Positions 22,904-36,900 are shown, numbered from the whole stretch's first letter. The stretch is DNA of 61,953 bases, filler included, from 12 parts of 12 records of this genome joined end to end with filler, not necessarily neighbours in it; one strand, 5' to 3'. Translations and numbers: made by a program. The notes: generated from the letters alone by a model not told the origin.

Positions 22904-25000
22904 ATGGGCTCCAAGCGTAAGTCGTCCACCACCACCCTGTTGCTCTCGCGGGTCCGGTCACACGCGGCGCACCACGACGTGAGCGACCCGCAGGCTGTGG
23001 CCGATCAGCTGCGGGCGATCTACCCAGACTACACCCGGCTGCCGCGGAACGTGTTTGTGGCCAACGTGCAGAGGGCGATCCAGCAGTACACTGTGGCGAT
23101 GGTGCCTCCGGCTGACCCGCCAGCAGCCCAGGAGGAGGAGGAGCAGGACGACGGCCCGGAGCTCGAAGCCAACCATCAGGAGTTGGGCGGCAACGCAATG
23201 AACGCGGCGGTCAGGCAGATGTACCAACCTAAGCCTCAGGAGCGCCGGCCCGAGGAGACTGCTGACCGCAGGCCCAAGCGCAAGGCGCCGGCTGGCCCAG
23301 CAGGCGAGGCCAAGCGGGCCCGGGCGGCCAGCCAGCGGCCCACTGCGCGGTATGCAGACCTGGGCGGGATGGACAGCTGCCTCCAGGAGGTGCGTGAGTT
23401 GATCGAGTACCCGCTCAGGCACCCTGAGATCTACCTGCACCTCGGTGTGGACCCGCCGCGCGGTATTCTGCTGCACGGCCCACCTGGCTGCGGCAAGACG
23501 CTGCTGGCCAACGCGGTTGCAGGCGAGATCGGCGTGCCCTTCCTCAGGGTGTCGGCCCCTGAGCTGGTCTCCGGCATGTCGGGGGAGTCCGAGAAACAAG
23601 TCCGTGAACTGTTTGAATCGGCTGCTGCGTCGGCGCCTGCAATTGTTTTTATAGACGAGATCGACGCTGTGGCCCCCAAGCGCGAGACCGCCCAGAAGGA
23701 CATGGAGCGGCGGATCGTGGCTCAGATGCTCACCTGCATGGACGATTTGAGCTTAGAGAAGACCAACAACCAGCCTGTTTTAGTGATCGGAGCTACCAAC
23801 CGGCCCGATGCGCTCGACGCTGCCCTCAGGCGGGCCGGCCGGTTCGATAGAGAGATTTCGATCGGGATACCCAACGGAGAGTCGCGCGCCCGGATCATGA
23901 AGGTGATCACGAGCAAGATCCGGCTCAGCGGTGACTTTGATTTCGACCAAATAGCCAGCATGACGCCCGGATTCGTGGGAGCTGACCTTAGTGCGCTCGC
24001 AAAGGAGGCGGCCGTGCTGGCAGTTAACCGGATATTCGCCGAGATCTTGCCCTCCGGCCCTGCCACTGGGCAGGACGAGCCCCAGAGCGCCCCAACGGCG
24101 CTGGCCAACTGGCAGGAGCCATTCTCGCAGGAGCAGTTGGCGCCTCTCTCAATCACGATGGCGGACTTTGAGCTGGCTGTTACCAAGGTGCAGCCTTCCT
24201 CCAAGCGGGAAGGTTTCACCACCGTACCGGACGTGACCTGGTCAGCGATTGGTGCGCTGGATGCAGTGCGGGCTGAGCTGGATATGACCATCTGCCAGCC
24301 GATTCGTAACCCGGATCGGTTCAAGCGGCTAGGGATCTCGAGTCCGGCCGGGGTGCTGCTGTACGGCCCACCCGGCTGCGGCAAGACCTTGGTGGCTAAG
24401 GCCGTGGCCAACGAGTCTGGGGCCAATTTCATCTCAGTCAAGGGGCCGGAGTTGCTTAATAAGTACGTCGGCGAGAGTGAGCGCGCTGTGAGGCAGCTTT
24501 TCTCGCGGGCGCAGGCCTCTGCCCCGTGCATCGTGTTCTTTGATGAGATGGATGCGCTGTGTCCCAACCGCGGCTCAGACTCGAATCAGGCGACTGAGAG
24601 GGTGGTGAACCAGCTTCTGACAGAGCTGGACGGAATTCACACACGCGAGCAAGTCTTTGTAGTGGCGGCCACCAACAGGCCGGAGCTAATAGACTCAGCA
24701 ATGAAGCGGCCGGGGCGTCTCGACAAGCTGCTCGAGGTCGGGCTCCCCGACTGCGATGGAAGGGTGTCGATCCTCAAGGCTGTCGCTCGCAAAACTCCAA
24801 TTACTGACAAGGTGGACTTAGCTGCTGTGGCCGCCGATCCCCGCTGCAACGGCTTCTCAGGCGCCGATCTGGCTGCTCTGGTCCGCGAAGCGGCAATATG
24901 CGCATTGCGCGCCGGGGCTGAGGGAGCGGTGGCGCCGGAGCATTTCGAGTCAGCACTCGGCGTAATGAAAGCTTCGGTCGGCCGCAAGTTTGCCTATTGA
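22904..25000 (+). CDS. NVL: Nuclear VCP-like type II AAA+ ATPase (Rix7/NVL2), intronless
   Basis: Two AAA modules (GPPGCGKT twice, FIDEID, FFDEMD), [18 protein letters not shown] and an NVL-type N-terminal YPDYTR motif. Confidence 0.93.
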   Translation: MGSKRKSSTTTLLLSRVRSHAAHHDVSDPQAVADQLRAIYPDYTRLPRNVFVANVQRAIQQYTVAMVPPADPPAAQEEEEQDDGPELEANHQELGGNAMNAAVRQMYQPKPQERRPEETADRRPKRKAPAGPAGEAKRARAASQRPTARYADLGGMDSCLQEVRELIEYPLRHPEIYLHLGVDPPRGILLHGPPGCGKTLLANAVAGEIGVPFLRVSAPELVSGMSGESEKQVRELFESAAASAPAIVFIDEIDAVAPKRETAQKDMERRIVAQMLTCMDDLSLEKTNNQPVLVIGATNRPDALDAALRRAGRFDREISIGIPNGESRARIMKVITSKIRLSGDFDFDQIASMTPGFVGADLSALAKEAAVLAVNRIFAEILPSGPATGQDEPQSAPTALANWQEPFSQEQLAPLSITMADFELAVTKVQPSSKREGFTTVPDVTWSAIGALDAVRAELDMTICQPIRNPDRFKRLGISSPAGVLLYGPPGCGKTLVAKAVANESGANFISVKGPELLNKYVGESERAVRQLFSRAQASAPCIVFFDEMDALCPNRGSDSNQATERVVNQLLTELDGIHTREQVFVVAATNRPELIDSAMKRPGRLDKLLEVGLPDCDGRVSILKAVARKTPITDKVDLAAVAADPRCNGFSGADLAALVREAAICALRAGAEGAVAPEHFESALGVMKASVGRKFAY

Positions 25001-25793
25001 CGAGCTATTGACGAGCAATGATTAAAGACATTTATTATTTTACGTGCTCGTCTGCATTGAACATTCGTACGAGTAGCAGCAACGCATGCATCACGCAGTT
25101 TACACGCAGTTCTGAGTTGAAGAGGCTGTGGACAAGTGACTGTGCTATTGATATCCACTGGCATCGAATGCAAATTTTGGTTGTAAATTTTGTATATAAA
25201 GAAATATATAGTCTAGCCTTTGCAGACCTTTGCCTTATGTAGACCTTTGGGACCTTGGCAACTGACATTTTCGTAGACCTTTAATTAATTAACCGTTTTA
25301 TATCCCGGGCGCGCGGGCGCTTCTTTCTATTATTATTTAGTAACNNNNNNNNNNNNNNNNNNNNNNNNNNNNNNNNNNNNNNNNNNNNTTAATTAATTAA
25401 NNNNNNNNNNNNNNNNNNNNNNNNNNNNNNNNNNNNNNNNNNNNGGGCTCGGCGACTGCGGCGGGCTCGGCGGCTGGAGGTTCGCCGGTGATGAGCCCAA
25501 TTCGCTGCTCGCCGGCTGCGGCACCAGTCAGCACTGCCCCAGGGTTGGCTCGCCTGCCAAGATCCTGGCCTTTCTCCGTTCTCGCGCGGTGGCCATTGAT
25601 GCCGGTTGATGCTACTTTAGATTGATGGTACTACCTACCAACACATCAGAGCGCCGTCGCCTCCCCAACCCACCCGGCAAGCCAGAGTGTCCTGATAGCT
25701 TGTCCAGACAGAGGCTGATTCCGGCCTCCAACGGAAAAAAACGGCACCGCCGCCCCACAAGCACGGTCACAGTGGCCACTACTAGTGCGTACA

Positions 25794-28700
25794 ATGCGCA
25801 GTTCGCTGGGTGGCTACCTTGGTGACGCCGACCGGCGGGGGGGCGGCCATGCTGTGCTACCGGCAGCGGTGCAGAGCCAGTTGCTATCGGTGTGGCAGCA
25901 CCTGGACTGGGACGCCGACGGTGCGCTGCAGACCGAGGAGCTGGTCCGTTGGTTCAGCGACACCAGCCTGCTCACCGCTGGTATAGACACCAACCAAGAC
26001 AGCGCGCTGAGTCTGCCCGAGTTCGCCGGCTGGCTGGCTGGGCTGGTCGCCGAGTCCGGGCCTGGCGCGGTCAAAGACTTGCTGGGCCTGATCCACGGCC
26101 GGTGCCCGATGCTTGGGGAGCAGGCCGAGGCTGGTCCGGAGGGCGTAGAGGCATACGGAGAGGAGCGGGCGGTCGAAGCGCTCCGGCTGCTGCCTCTGGA
26201 GTGCACGCCTGGCTGGATGCTGACGGACAGCCAGCCGGGGCACTTTGAGTTGTGGCGGGGGCTATCGCAGCTGCCTGAACTGCCCGTGACGGTCACACTG
26301 TGCGGGCTTATCTGTGACGCGGTGCTGGCGGCGGAGACTGCAGTGAGGGCTGGGGCGACCGGCTGGGAGGATGGTTGGACCGGGGAGTATGACGATCAGT
26401 TGGTGCTAGCGCTCCAGTGGGCTGCGGGTATTATTCTGCTGGTTAATCCCGTTGATTGCTGACTGATCTGGGCAGGTCAAGCAGAGGCAGGACTGGCGCC
26501 ACTCACCCTCCCGGTGACCCTCCGGACCGCCAGCGGGGTTGTGACCGGCTCCAGGATTTGCCTTGCCCGGATGCACACTGGCTGTTCCGGTGGGCTGGGT
26601 TCGCGCCGCTACCGGACGGGAGTTGGGTGAGTCGGATGCCTGTCCCTGGCCAGATCCACGGGGCTGTCAAGTGGGTCAGCCAGGCCCTCCACACTAGCAC
26701 GCCTCTTGCCAGCCAGCCGCGGCCCGGGCGTCCTATTGAGTCAGACCTAATCAATCTCCTCGTGGACGCGGCCTCCAGATACGTCCTCCCGGCGCTCAGC
26801 TCCACCGAGGCCGAGCCAGTCCGCAAGGCCGTCTCACTCAAAGTGTGGGGCTTTCTGACAGCGTTCGAGGGCCCCGGGGAACCGTGGCGATGGGCCGCTT
26901 ACGACATGTGGGCTGAGTCCTGTGATGACGAGGCGGCTGACCAGCTGCTCAGCAGAGCGCTCGAGCCAGGCACTTCTCCGGAGGAGGTGTTGGATACACC
27001 GTGGCCGGGTCAGCTTGGGCTGATCACTCGGCTATTTGCACAGGCGCGCTATCTAACACCCAGCCCAGGCTGATCACTAACCCCAGCCCCTAACTCCTAC
27101 TATTTTGCACAGATTGGCTGTTGTTGTTAATCACGCTGATCATGTGACTGCAGGCTGACCAGTCCGAGCCGGCCAGTAGACTCCTTGCCCTGGCGGCCCA
27201 GTCGGCGCCTGGGAGGGACCTGGTCGAGTACGCTGCAGCTCGGGCTGGCGTGGCTCCACCAGGCTCGGATCGGCCGGCAGAGCCTGTCCAGACCGAGGCT
27301 CGGAGCATGCCGACTGAGCTGCTCCGGACCAGCAGACCTGCCCTGGTAGCCGCCTCGCGAGCCTCAGTGTTGATCGACTTGCCCGCAGGACGCTGACGGC
27401 GACGGGCGGGTGAGTGCAGGGGAGCTAGGAGGGGCATTCGTGGAACAGATGAAGCGGGCCGGGCGGGATGCTGGGTTCGCCCAGTGGGATGTGGACGGTG
27501 ATGGTGTGTTGGATGAGGCGGAGATGGCGCGAGCGGCGGCCGCGGGGGTCTCAGTGGCCGGTGCGGATGCGGACGGCGACATGAGAGTCACGCACGATGA
27601 GTGGCAGCGTTACGTGGAGGATGACTTGGATGCGGATGAGATACTTGTGCTAGACGTGGGTTCGTACGCAGTTAAAGTTGCCCCGACTGGTGACGGGGAA
27701 GTGGCGGCAGTCTGGCCGTATGTAGGTAAACCGCACAATAAAAAGCTGATGCTCGGACACAACGACAAGCAGCTGTTCATAGGGAGCCAGGCGCACCAGA
27801 TGCGAGCCGTGTGCAAGCTAGAGAGCCCGGCCGCCGCTGCCAACGGCTCAGCCAGTCCAGCTCAATTCCAATCATCTCAGGTCGATGTTCTCTGGAGACA
27901 TCTGTTTGAGCAGTTCCTGCCCAGATTCGGTCAGGCTGATCGTTGGGATGGATGCACCGGGCTGATGCTGTCTCAAGACATGGGCGCCTCGGTCAGGGGC
28001 CAAGGGATGGTGCTCGAGGCGATGCTCGAAGAGTTTGAACCTCCCAGAGTGGCGCTTCATCGGGCGCCGGTGCTCGCATTCTACTCCTCAGGACGGACCA
28101 CCGGAGTGGGCTGTCACATGGGACACTCGTACACCGACATAATCAACGGTGCCCAATTGACTAGAGATGCAGTGTAATTGTGCAAGTACTATTATCAGCA
28201 GCCAGGGTTGACGGCTGGCTGGTCTCAGTTTATGACGGCGCTCTCTTAGCATTCAACAGCTTCCGCTCGCAGGTGAGGCTTAGCTGCCAGCTCCCGGCTT
28301 GGCTTCACGCGTGCGGGCAGCTGGCCGGAAACACATTAACAAACTATATGGCCCGCTTGCTCCCGCTTGCTGCATCAACGTCTGGCAAGGTCGGCCAGCC
28401 TGCAAGCCCTGCCGAGCCTAGACCAGGTGCTGCCGTGGGATAGAGAAGACTATGCTAATCAGATCGAAGCGATCAAAGCCTTCTCGATCTCGTTTGCTGA
28501 GCCCGGCGACGGGGCTCTTTTTGACCTCCCAGATGGCGAACAGGTGCAGCTGGGGGACATTGGCAGGCAGTGTGCCGAGCTGTTCTTTGATCCTGCTCCT
28601 GTCAACGAGGAACCTGACATGGCGCTGCATCGGCTGCTCCATAGCTGCATTCAGGACAACGACCTGGACCTGCGCAGTCAAATGTATCGCAACGTGGTGC

Positions 28701-29026
28701 TGTCGGGCGGCTGTGCGATGGCTAATGGGCTCGATGCGAGGCTGACAACTGAGCTGGAGCAGCTTCAGCCGTCGTCTGTCAAGATTGTCAACAACTGTTG
28801 CCCGATGCAGTGGCAGCCGAGCAAGCACGCTCCAGTGGAGAATACCTGCAGGCAAGTCACCCTCCTCGCAGCCTGCTTGCCGATAGACTGACGGTGGTTT
28901 AATTGAAGGTCGGTAATTGACGGAGGAAAGATCTTTGGAGGTCTGTCGACATCGAGTGGCTGGATCACGAAGCAGATGTTGAACGAGCAAGGCGCAACCC
29001 GCTTGATTCAATCATTTTGTCCATAA
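25794..29026 (+). CDS. Multi-EF-hand protein fused to a divergent actin-fold domain
   Basis: About five EF-hand loops, then VLDVGSYAVK, VLAFYSSGRTTG, FDLPDG, AELFFDP and NVVLSGG. In-frame splicing links the segments (e.g. introns 27044-27153 GC-AG and 27346-27388). Confidence 0.75.
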
Positions 29027-29544
29027 GTTGCTTGTTACCGACGTGACTTGGGCTCGACCTAGGCTCGACCTGAGGGGGATGCCAAACAAAAGAAGGACAA
29101 TGGACCTTGNNNNNNNNNNNNNNNNNNNNNNNNNNNNNNNNNNNNNNNNNNNNTTAATTAATTAANNNNNNNNNNNNNNNNNNNNNNNNNNNNNNNNNNN
29201 NNNNNNNNNGGGTTTTCTAACATTTAATTTTTATCTATGTATCATGGTCTATACATAATTATACATGATTGTACAGTACTAACAGTTAACTAACAATAGT
29301 CTCGTGTTCAGTGACGATAATTATGCATATGCATAATGATCCATGGCGTTGCTTCATGTACTCGTAATGTACTCGTATAATTATGCACCATTCTGGACAT
29401 TCCGATTCCTCTGGAGTGAGTGAGCATCGTGAGCATCCTTGAGAATATAAGTGCGCGCTCAAAGTTGCGCATGAGTCGGTGCCAAACTGTGGCCGTGGTA
29501 AGTCTCTACAGTAACTAAAGTCTAATATGGTAATTTTAGGCGAA

Positions 29545-32500
29545 TTACCCGACTCCAGTCTTTTGACCAAAGATGCGTAGGTCGTCTTCATCTGATGAAT
29601 CCTCCTCGAACTGCGACATGAACGGCCGCTTCTTCACCAACACAGGCTCTGCCACCGGCTCGCCCAGGAGGATTCCAGCGTCGCCCCGATCCACACTGCC
29701 ACAGCGTCAACATGCATGTCAGGGGAAAGTTACTTACTTGAAGGCAGTGCCCTTTTTCGCTTCTTCTTCGTCTTCCTTGCAGCAGCACTGTTGCAGCATG
29801 AGATCAACCAGGCGCAGCGGCGCAATCTCACCCGAATGATGAAAATGATGATGATCAGGAGAAGAATACCACCTACAACAGCTGCAGCAATGATCTGCAA
29901 AACACATTGCTCATTCAACAGGCCCACAGCAAGTACGTACGATCCATATGTTGAGACTGTCGCTGCTGTCGCCGCTGTCGCTGCCGGTCTCGCATGCCCC
30001 AGTACACGGGTTGCACTGCAGCAGCTGCGACGAATCCGCTCCATTGCAACTCTCGTCGCACTCGATGTATTGTGGGCAGTCTACATATCCAGCGACGTGC
30101 TGGAGGTAAAAGTACGGATTCGAACTCCGGCGTGCTGAGGTGCTCATGACGTACTGAGGCTCGTTGTTAGCGGTGCTCAGGTAGCTGATTGAATTGGCCT
30201 TGAGAACAGATGAGTCTGCACATGTGCCTCCAGCCAGCACCACGCCCAGCACTGTTTGGCCGCCATTGCTGCTTGCCCACAGACCTGTCACTTCCACTTG
30301 CGCCGCGCATGCCGCCTTGACTCCCAGGAGCTGGACGAGCTCGGCTTCAACTGCTGTCGCCACTGTGGCCACCGAAGAAGAGACAGAGGTGAAGAGTAGT
30401 GCGAGGTAAATCTGGATGGCCACCTTTGTGACATCGGTTCCAGAGGCCCTGCTGACTTCGAACCTGTAGTTCGTAATCTGGCAGGTTGAATCCGTGTCAG
30501 TGCAGGGGGTATCACAGGATGTTCCCGAGGTACACTGTGCGGCTGTCGTGCCTAGTTGGAGGTTTGCTGGATGCAAGGAAGTCACGGTAAATGTAACCAG
30601 GCTGGTCCCAGTAGCCAGGGTGGGTGTGGTTTTTGCAGCGGCCGAAGTCACATCTTCCGTAGCTAGCGTTGTTGCTCCGCTGACGGCCCACTTCATAGAT
30701 GATGGCGTTGCCGCGTTAATACTCGAAGCCTGGGGCGTCAAGGTTGGCGTGAACGTCAATGTTGACACACTCGCTTCAACAAGAATCTTGTAGTTGAATG
30801 ATGCCGGCGAAAACGTGGCTGGCCCCATTGTTGCGATGGCGGTGCCTCCTGCATCTGTGATCGGCATTGTTGCGATGGTGGAAAAGCGATTCACAGCGCC
30901 ACAGACCTGTGCGCACGCAAGCCTTATCATCCGCCTACTAGCAAGTGGCGAATCGCACCTGCTGGTCACTTGGATTTGGGCAGGTGAGTTCCCCACTGAA
31001 GGCTAAGAGGGTCTGTGCACCGGCACCAGTGCAAAGCACTGGGAAAAACAGATTTTCAGCTTGCTTGACAAAAACCAAAAGCTGTGTAGTGGACAAGCAG
31101 AACGACTTGTAGCACCTGCAAGCGTCAACTCACTAAGCATGCCGTAGGTGAGCCGGAGCTGCTCACATTGCGTTCCTTGACGCTTGTGAGCTCGACTTCG
31201 AGATCAGCGTACTGGACAACGCCATGGAGTAGAGCCCGCTGGCATAGCTTGTTGTGCCCAGTGTGTCTGTGAATTGCAGGGCCTCACCAAACTCTCCACC
31301 AGACTCCTCGGTGGGCCAGTTGGTTGCATGTGACGATTCAGAGCAGACCGCATTGGCGTATGGCTGCCAAATCCACAGTGAACCAGGACAGGCAGGGGAA
31401 AGGGGGCACCAGGACTATCGGGCAGTAGTCGGGCCAGTAGTCTCCCCCTAGCAACAGCAGAGTAAGCACAGACAACTGCCCGTACACAGCACCTGAGATC
31501 GACGAGGATGCGGTGCCTGGGCCCAGATATAACCATGCATCCGTAGGCAGGGTACCAGTGTAGGCATCCGTCGTGCAATACCTAATAACGACAGGCTCAG
31601 CGCACCGCACCGCATACTCCTAGCCGCCAGAGTGTACCCCAGTGCGCCGTGGTTGCTTGCAGGAGCGAGATTGGCACTTCCTCCGTCAGTATCAGTGCAG
31701 AAGAACGCTGCGTTAGCTGAAGCGCCGGCAGCAGTCTTGGTGCCGCTGTTGCATTTGTTTGTAACGCCACCGTCGCACCTGCACCAGTTGTGAATAGCCG
31801 AGCCAGGGGTACAATACGCACGTTGCACCGCCCAACCAGGTGTAAGTAGATTCGATCTGGTCAACCGCTGCGGAGCAGGTCCAGGTGCTGGTCCCGCTGG
31901 TAATTGTTTTAGGGGCATCCCATGTGAAAGTGGTGGTGGGCGTCCAGCTGTTGTCTACACACATGGCGCCCCCCGTCTCACTCGTACAAGCCTCCGTCTC
32001 ATAATCGGCATCATTGCCAGGATTCCGCTTTGGGTCACACAAGAAGACTATGCTGGCCAGATCGTAGTTTGTCTCGCGCACTTTCCACCACCCCATGAAT
32101 TCGAGCATCCCCAGAGTCATCTTCGAAGTGGGGTGGTCAGCCACGCTTCCGCTGATGACCGCAGTCATCAACTCATCGCCAAACGTCCGCGCCTCCCAGT
32201 GGCTGTATGCACTGCCTTGGATGCCCTGCTGCTCAATCTTGACGCCAGGTGTGGCCAGCACGGCATCGGCAGTACCGTCTGCGGGACCGAGAGAAGTGCA
32301 GCCATAATGCGTCTCGGCCTGCGTCACAATTTCGCTCTCCAGCGCCGCTCGAGTACCACCAGTCCCTGTAGGGACTCCAACGAACTGGTAGGTGTCGTAT
32401 CCGAGAGTGGTGTCGGTCTGCTTGTTGAAATAGCAGGGGCTCGGCACGTAGTATGACACCGTTGTAGCTGCAGGTGTGAGAGTAGTGGTCCCACCATACT

Positions 32501-33654
32501 GGGTCAGGGGGTACTGGAAAGTCTGCGCACCACCACCTGTAGCCGCCGAGCATATCTGTGTGCATGCGGATCCGAAGTACGAGGATGCAGCTGTAACCGC
32601 CAGGGTGCAGTCCGGAAGATTGCCGGTGCGCATGGTGCGCGGGAGCCAGGGCCGGGGTGTATCCGTATTAGCACCGCCATTCCGGAACCAGGCATAATAT
32701 TGCAAGCTCATTCCGAGAGCATGCATCATTTCGTGGCGCACTGCGGCCACACACACACACTGCTCAGAGCGGCTCGGGGCTAATCGATTCACTTGTTGCA
32801 ATCATGAGTCGATGGGACTTGTCTGTAGTCAAAGGGGCTGTTGGGATGTGCAGGGAACAGAAGTGGATACAGCCTGCCCACCGCAACCTTAACCCGGCCG
32901 GCCGACCGGGCGGGTGCCACCGATGACAGGGCGATTGCAATTGTTCATTTCGAGGGGATTAGCGTATGCGATAGTATCGACATTGGCTTGGCACGTAGCA
33001 GAATTGGTCGCCGCGTAGTAAAGCAGGTAGTTGATAGACTTGCCAGCTCCCTGTTCCGCGGCCGGCGTAGCAAAAGTGCTCCCCTCGCAGGCTCCACTGG
33101 TCTGGAGTCCAGTTGTAGCAGGTGTGATACCTTCAGTACCGGCTATGTCTTGTGTCTGTCAGAAGATCAAAAGGTCTGGGGTCGAGGGCGGACCGATATC
33201 GTCATCTCGTACCACTTGAGGACAGAAGGCACCACTATCTCTGCCCGCCAATGGCTCAGGACCTGACGGCCGCGAGCGGCGTACGATGCATATACGTTAT
33301 CTGTGCTGAGCTCAGAGCGGCCCCTCCTGCGCCAGTCATCGCTCCCATCTGGTAGCCAATCTTCAGGGCCGTATCCGTATCAGCTCCCCATTGAGCAGCA
33401 TTGCCACAAGCTCCAGGATCAGTTGTTCCAGTTCCGTCGTTCGCGATGCCGGTGTCGCGGCGGTTAGAGCGGCGGGTAGAGTTGTGGTTCCCTCGGTTGA
33501 AGATCACCTCGGGCTTGGCGATCTGACCGCCGGTCGACAGACGTTTCGCCGGGCCCGGGGCACCTTGTCGTGGATGCAGACGTGCTTCTTGCCGTCGACA
33601 CCGACGTGCTCGTGCTCGTGCTCATGGTGGTGGTGGTGGTGGTGGTGGTGGTGC
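29545..33654 (-). CDS. Leishmanolysin-like (M8) zinc metalloprotease with Cys-rich/Ig-like stalk and C-terminal TM (5' truncated)
   Basis: His-rich start with CIHD propeptide motif, HEMMHALG, SHWEARTFGDELMT and MTLGMLEFMGW. A cadherin-like beta-sandwich (FSPASFNY) precedes TM IIAAAVVGGILLLIIIIFII. Exon joins only partly resolved. Confidence 0.8.
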
Positions 33655-33988
33655 NNNNNNNNNNNNNNNNNNNNNNNNNNNNNNNNNNNNNNNNNNNNTT
33701 AATTAATTAANNNNNNNNNNNNNNNNNNNNNNNNNNNNNNNNNNNNNNNNNNNNGAGAGAGCCAGCTTTGCTCTACTCATTACAAAATGGATTCAGCGTG
33801 GTCGATTTACGGATTTAGTCATATAGACATCCCTCCTAAGCATGAATCCTAACACTCGATCTAGGCACCCTGGTGCACGCACGACAAGTTCCTGTAATTA
33901 CTTTTCAAGGGTGCATCCGCGGTACATGCAGACAAAATCTGGTGTGAAATCCTGGGCCGAGAGCTACTAGATCTTCTTCATCAATACC

Positions 33989-36900
33989 CTAATCGGTACG
34001 CCGCAGCAGGTCGCAAAGCATGAGGTGCTGCCCGTCAAACGCATAGTGGATCGGTGTCAAGTCGTCTGCATCCTGCAGTGGTTGCTGATCAGTGTGAGGA
34101 GGTTAATCAAGGGCTACCGTTGCGTGCGGGTCTGCCTTGTTCTTGAGCAGGCTCTCAGCTAGCGGCTTGTGCCCAGTTGAGGCTGCCAAGTGCAGTGGAG
34201 TTCGATGGTTGGCATCGGTGCACTTGACACCCTCAGGGTTGCACGACAGCTGCAGCCTGATCACCAGCTGGCCTACCCGCCGACAGCACCAGATACTCGA
34301 CGCACTCAAGCCAGCCGCCGGCTGCGGCAAAGTGGACTGGGGTGTGCCGATCCTCAGACTCCGACGGGTCAACCACCAGCCGGGAGCGATCAGCAGGGTC
34401 GGGGTGGCTCTCGATCAGCGCCACCTGGCTCAAGATCAGGCTCGACAGTAAGGTGGCCGGACCAGGTTGTCGAGCCGGCCGTGCTTGGCAGCCAGGTGGA
34501 CCGGGAGCTCGCCTTGCCACCGAGCTACCTGGAAAGGGCAGGCTGAGACGGATTGATAATTCACAGCTGGGTGCCTTTGCAGCTTGAGGTTTGTGCTCTA
34601 TCATTGTGCGTACGATCCTGCCGGCATAGTCACACTCAACGCTACAGACTGGTCAGATACTGGCTGGTTGGCATCTTGGCCGCCAGGTGGAGGCAATGCT
34701 CGCCAAACCACGGCTCGGCCCCAGCCTCAAGCAGCACTATCCCACTTTTCTCGAGCTGATTCATCAGTGCCACATGCAGCGGTGTCAGTCCACCTTCTGA
34801 CCTGCCCAGCACCACTGTCGGCTATTAATGACTGGGCAAACCTCTGGTTGACCAGCGAGATGCGAGCCTCGCTGTCCAACTCGGACAGCCGCACCTGCAA
34901 ACGCTCCGAGCTCTCCTGCACCCGAGCTGAGCCAGACAGCCCACCACAAGCTGGCAGGCACTTTGACCACAAGCCTATGGATTTGCTCCCGCAGGTCGGG
35001 CTGACTGTCTGGGCTTGAGTCCGGTCTTAGGATGTTCAGCCCGTTGCCCGCAGCCAGAAAGCCTGCCCAAGGGTGCATTAGCTGGGCCAAGCGCGGGGCT
35101 AGGTCAAGGCTGGGACGTCTCCAGCTATCGCGGGTCCAGACCTTCGACTGAGATGTTGCGCAGTTCCTCGCTGTTCAGCGAAGAAGTCTTGCGCTGGAGC
35201 ATCAATAGAGCCCCATCCGGGGCAGGGGCCGGGGCCATCTCAGGTGGAACCAGCACCAGCTTGCCATCTAGGCTGTTGGTCCGTGAGAAAGTGAGAGTGG
35301 TCGGGCAGTGGGCTTCCATGCTGTTGGTCCTGCCTGGACGGTCAGCCACCGCTCGCCGCTGCCCACCTGCCTCGAGAACGTGAGCACTCCCCCTGCCAGG
35401 CTGCTGTTCCGTGACAAGCTGCCACACCGAATCATCCCACTCTAGCTCGCCAGCTCGCCTTTTCTCGCGTTTGACTGCAGTCTCGAGCGAGTCGATCCGG
35501 CACATATCCAGGATCGAATCTCTTGCCTCCAGCTGTCCCACAGTGAGCGTACTAGCAGCATGCCGCACCGAGCTGGCTTCAGGGCCTAGCTGCTCCAGCT
35601 GGGCCAGAACGTGCGGCCCGCTCGGCACTTGAATTTCATCCGGCTCGTCTGCCTGCAAGTGGCTTACCGATGGATGCTGTCGACTTGCCTGTGAGGTCGG
35701 CATTAGCGTCAGCTGGTCATCGAGGACGGTGGCCAGCACGAGTAGCGGCCTGGGCTCTGAGTCGGCGTAACGCTGCTGCTGCAGGTCGGCGCAACGCATC
35801 TAGCGCCTGGATTCAGGCCGACAGCATACTGACACACCGTGAGCTGGTATTGCCCCGGCTGGGCGTCCAACGGTATCCGGGTAACAAACAGCTTTGGGTT
35901 CTCCTGCTGTCCAGTCAGCCAGCTCTCAAAAGCTGGCTGCCTGGTATCTAAGCATCTTGAACGGCTCGGCTGGCCGCCCGACCGCCTGGAGCTCGCAGTA
36001 CACGTTGGTGTGCTCGTGCCTGCCTGTCCGTCAACCAAACGGACCTGTTTGCCCACCCGATGTTCTCGCCGACACACACGCAGAGCGTTCCGGGTCGAGC
36101 GTCAGTGATGGCCTCGTCCAGGCCGAGCTTGATCACAGTCTTGTGTGGCGGTGGCCGGGGCAGGTACAGGAACGGCGGGGTGTGGGCCACCCTTTCGACT
36201 GGGCCGCTTTGGCCCTCAAGTAGGCCGGTCAGCTGCAGGAGCTCACAAAGCCACCTCGGCGTGGGTGCACCTTGAGTGCAGCTTGCCAACAAAATTTTCT
36301 CTTGCCGTGCGTGCGCGAGGTAATATTGGTCGAGAACTTGAGCTTGAACTGTGCGCAGCTCAGCCGGGCTCGATGGTGCACAGCACCGTCACCAGCTGTG
36401 GCGACTCACGCTGCCTGCATACCTCCACATACTCTCTCAGCACGAAGTATTGGGGCATCTGCCATGGTTGGTCGTGTTGCTGCCGGTTGTACCCACACTG
36501 GGCGTGTGGAGTGCCCAAGTGCGAGTGCATCTGCTGCTGGGTGAGCCACTGGCGCGGGGCGAGCAATCACCACAAACTTTGCAACTCCGATGATCGGGAT
36601 GGTGCTCTCCGCCTTGGACGACATGTAGCGCATGATCACCTCCACCTTGTCGTCGTGCTTCCCAGGCTTTTCGCATGCCACCGCCGCCTGAGCAAACAGC
36701 CAATAACAGCCGACCCCCCTCACCTTCCCACCTGTGACCGATCCGCATAAATCAGCTCATATGCAATTTCCACAGCCCCGGGACCCTTGCCCTCTGCCGC
36801 CGCCGCCAGCTGATCGGCCTCCGTAGCACTGCTGCACTCGACAGCCAGATGCGCCCACGCGCTCCGGCCGTTGCTGCCCCCGAGTAAGCCTTCTTAGAGC

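Noticed and set aside
25220-25292. Short GACCTT repeats and a native TTAATTAATTAA near a contig end
   Set aside because: Short, irregular and AT-rich; no element structure can be supported.
27050-27112. CTAACCCC-like telomeric repeats
   Set aside because: Only three degenerate units, inside a predicted intron.
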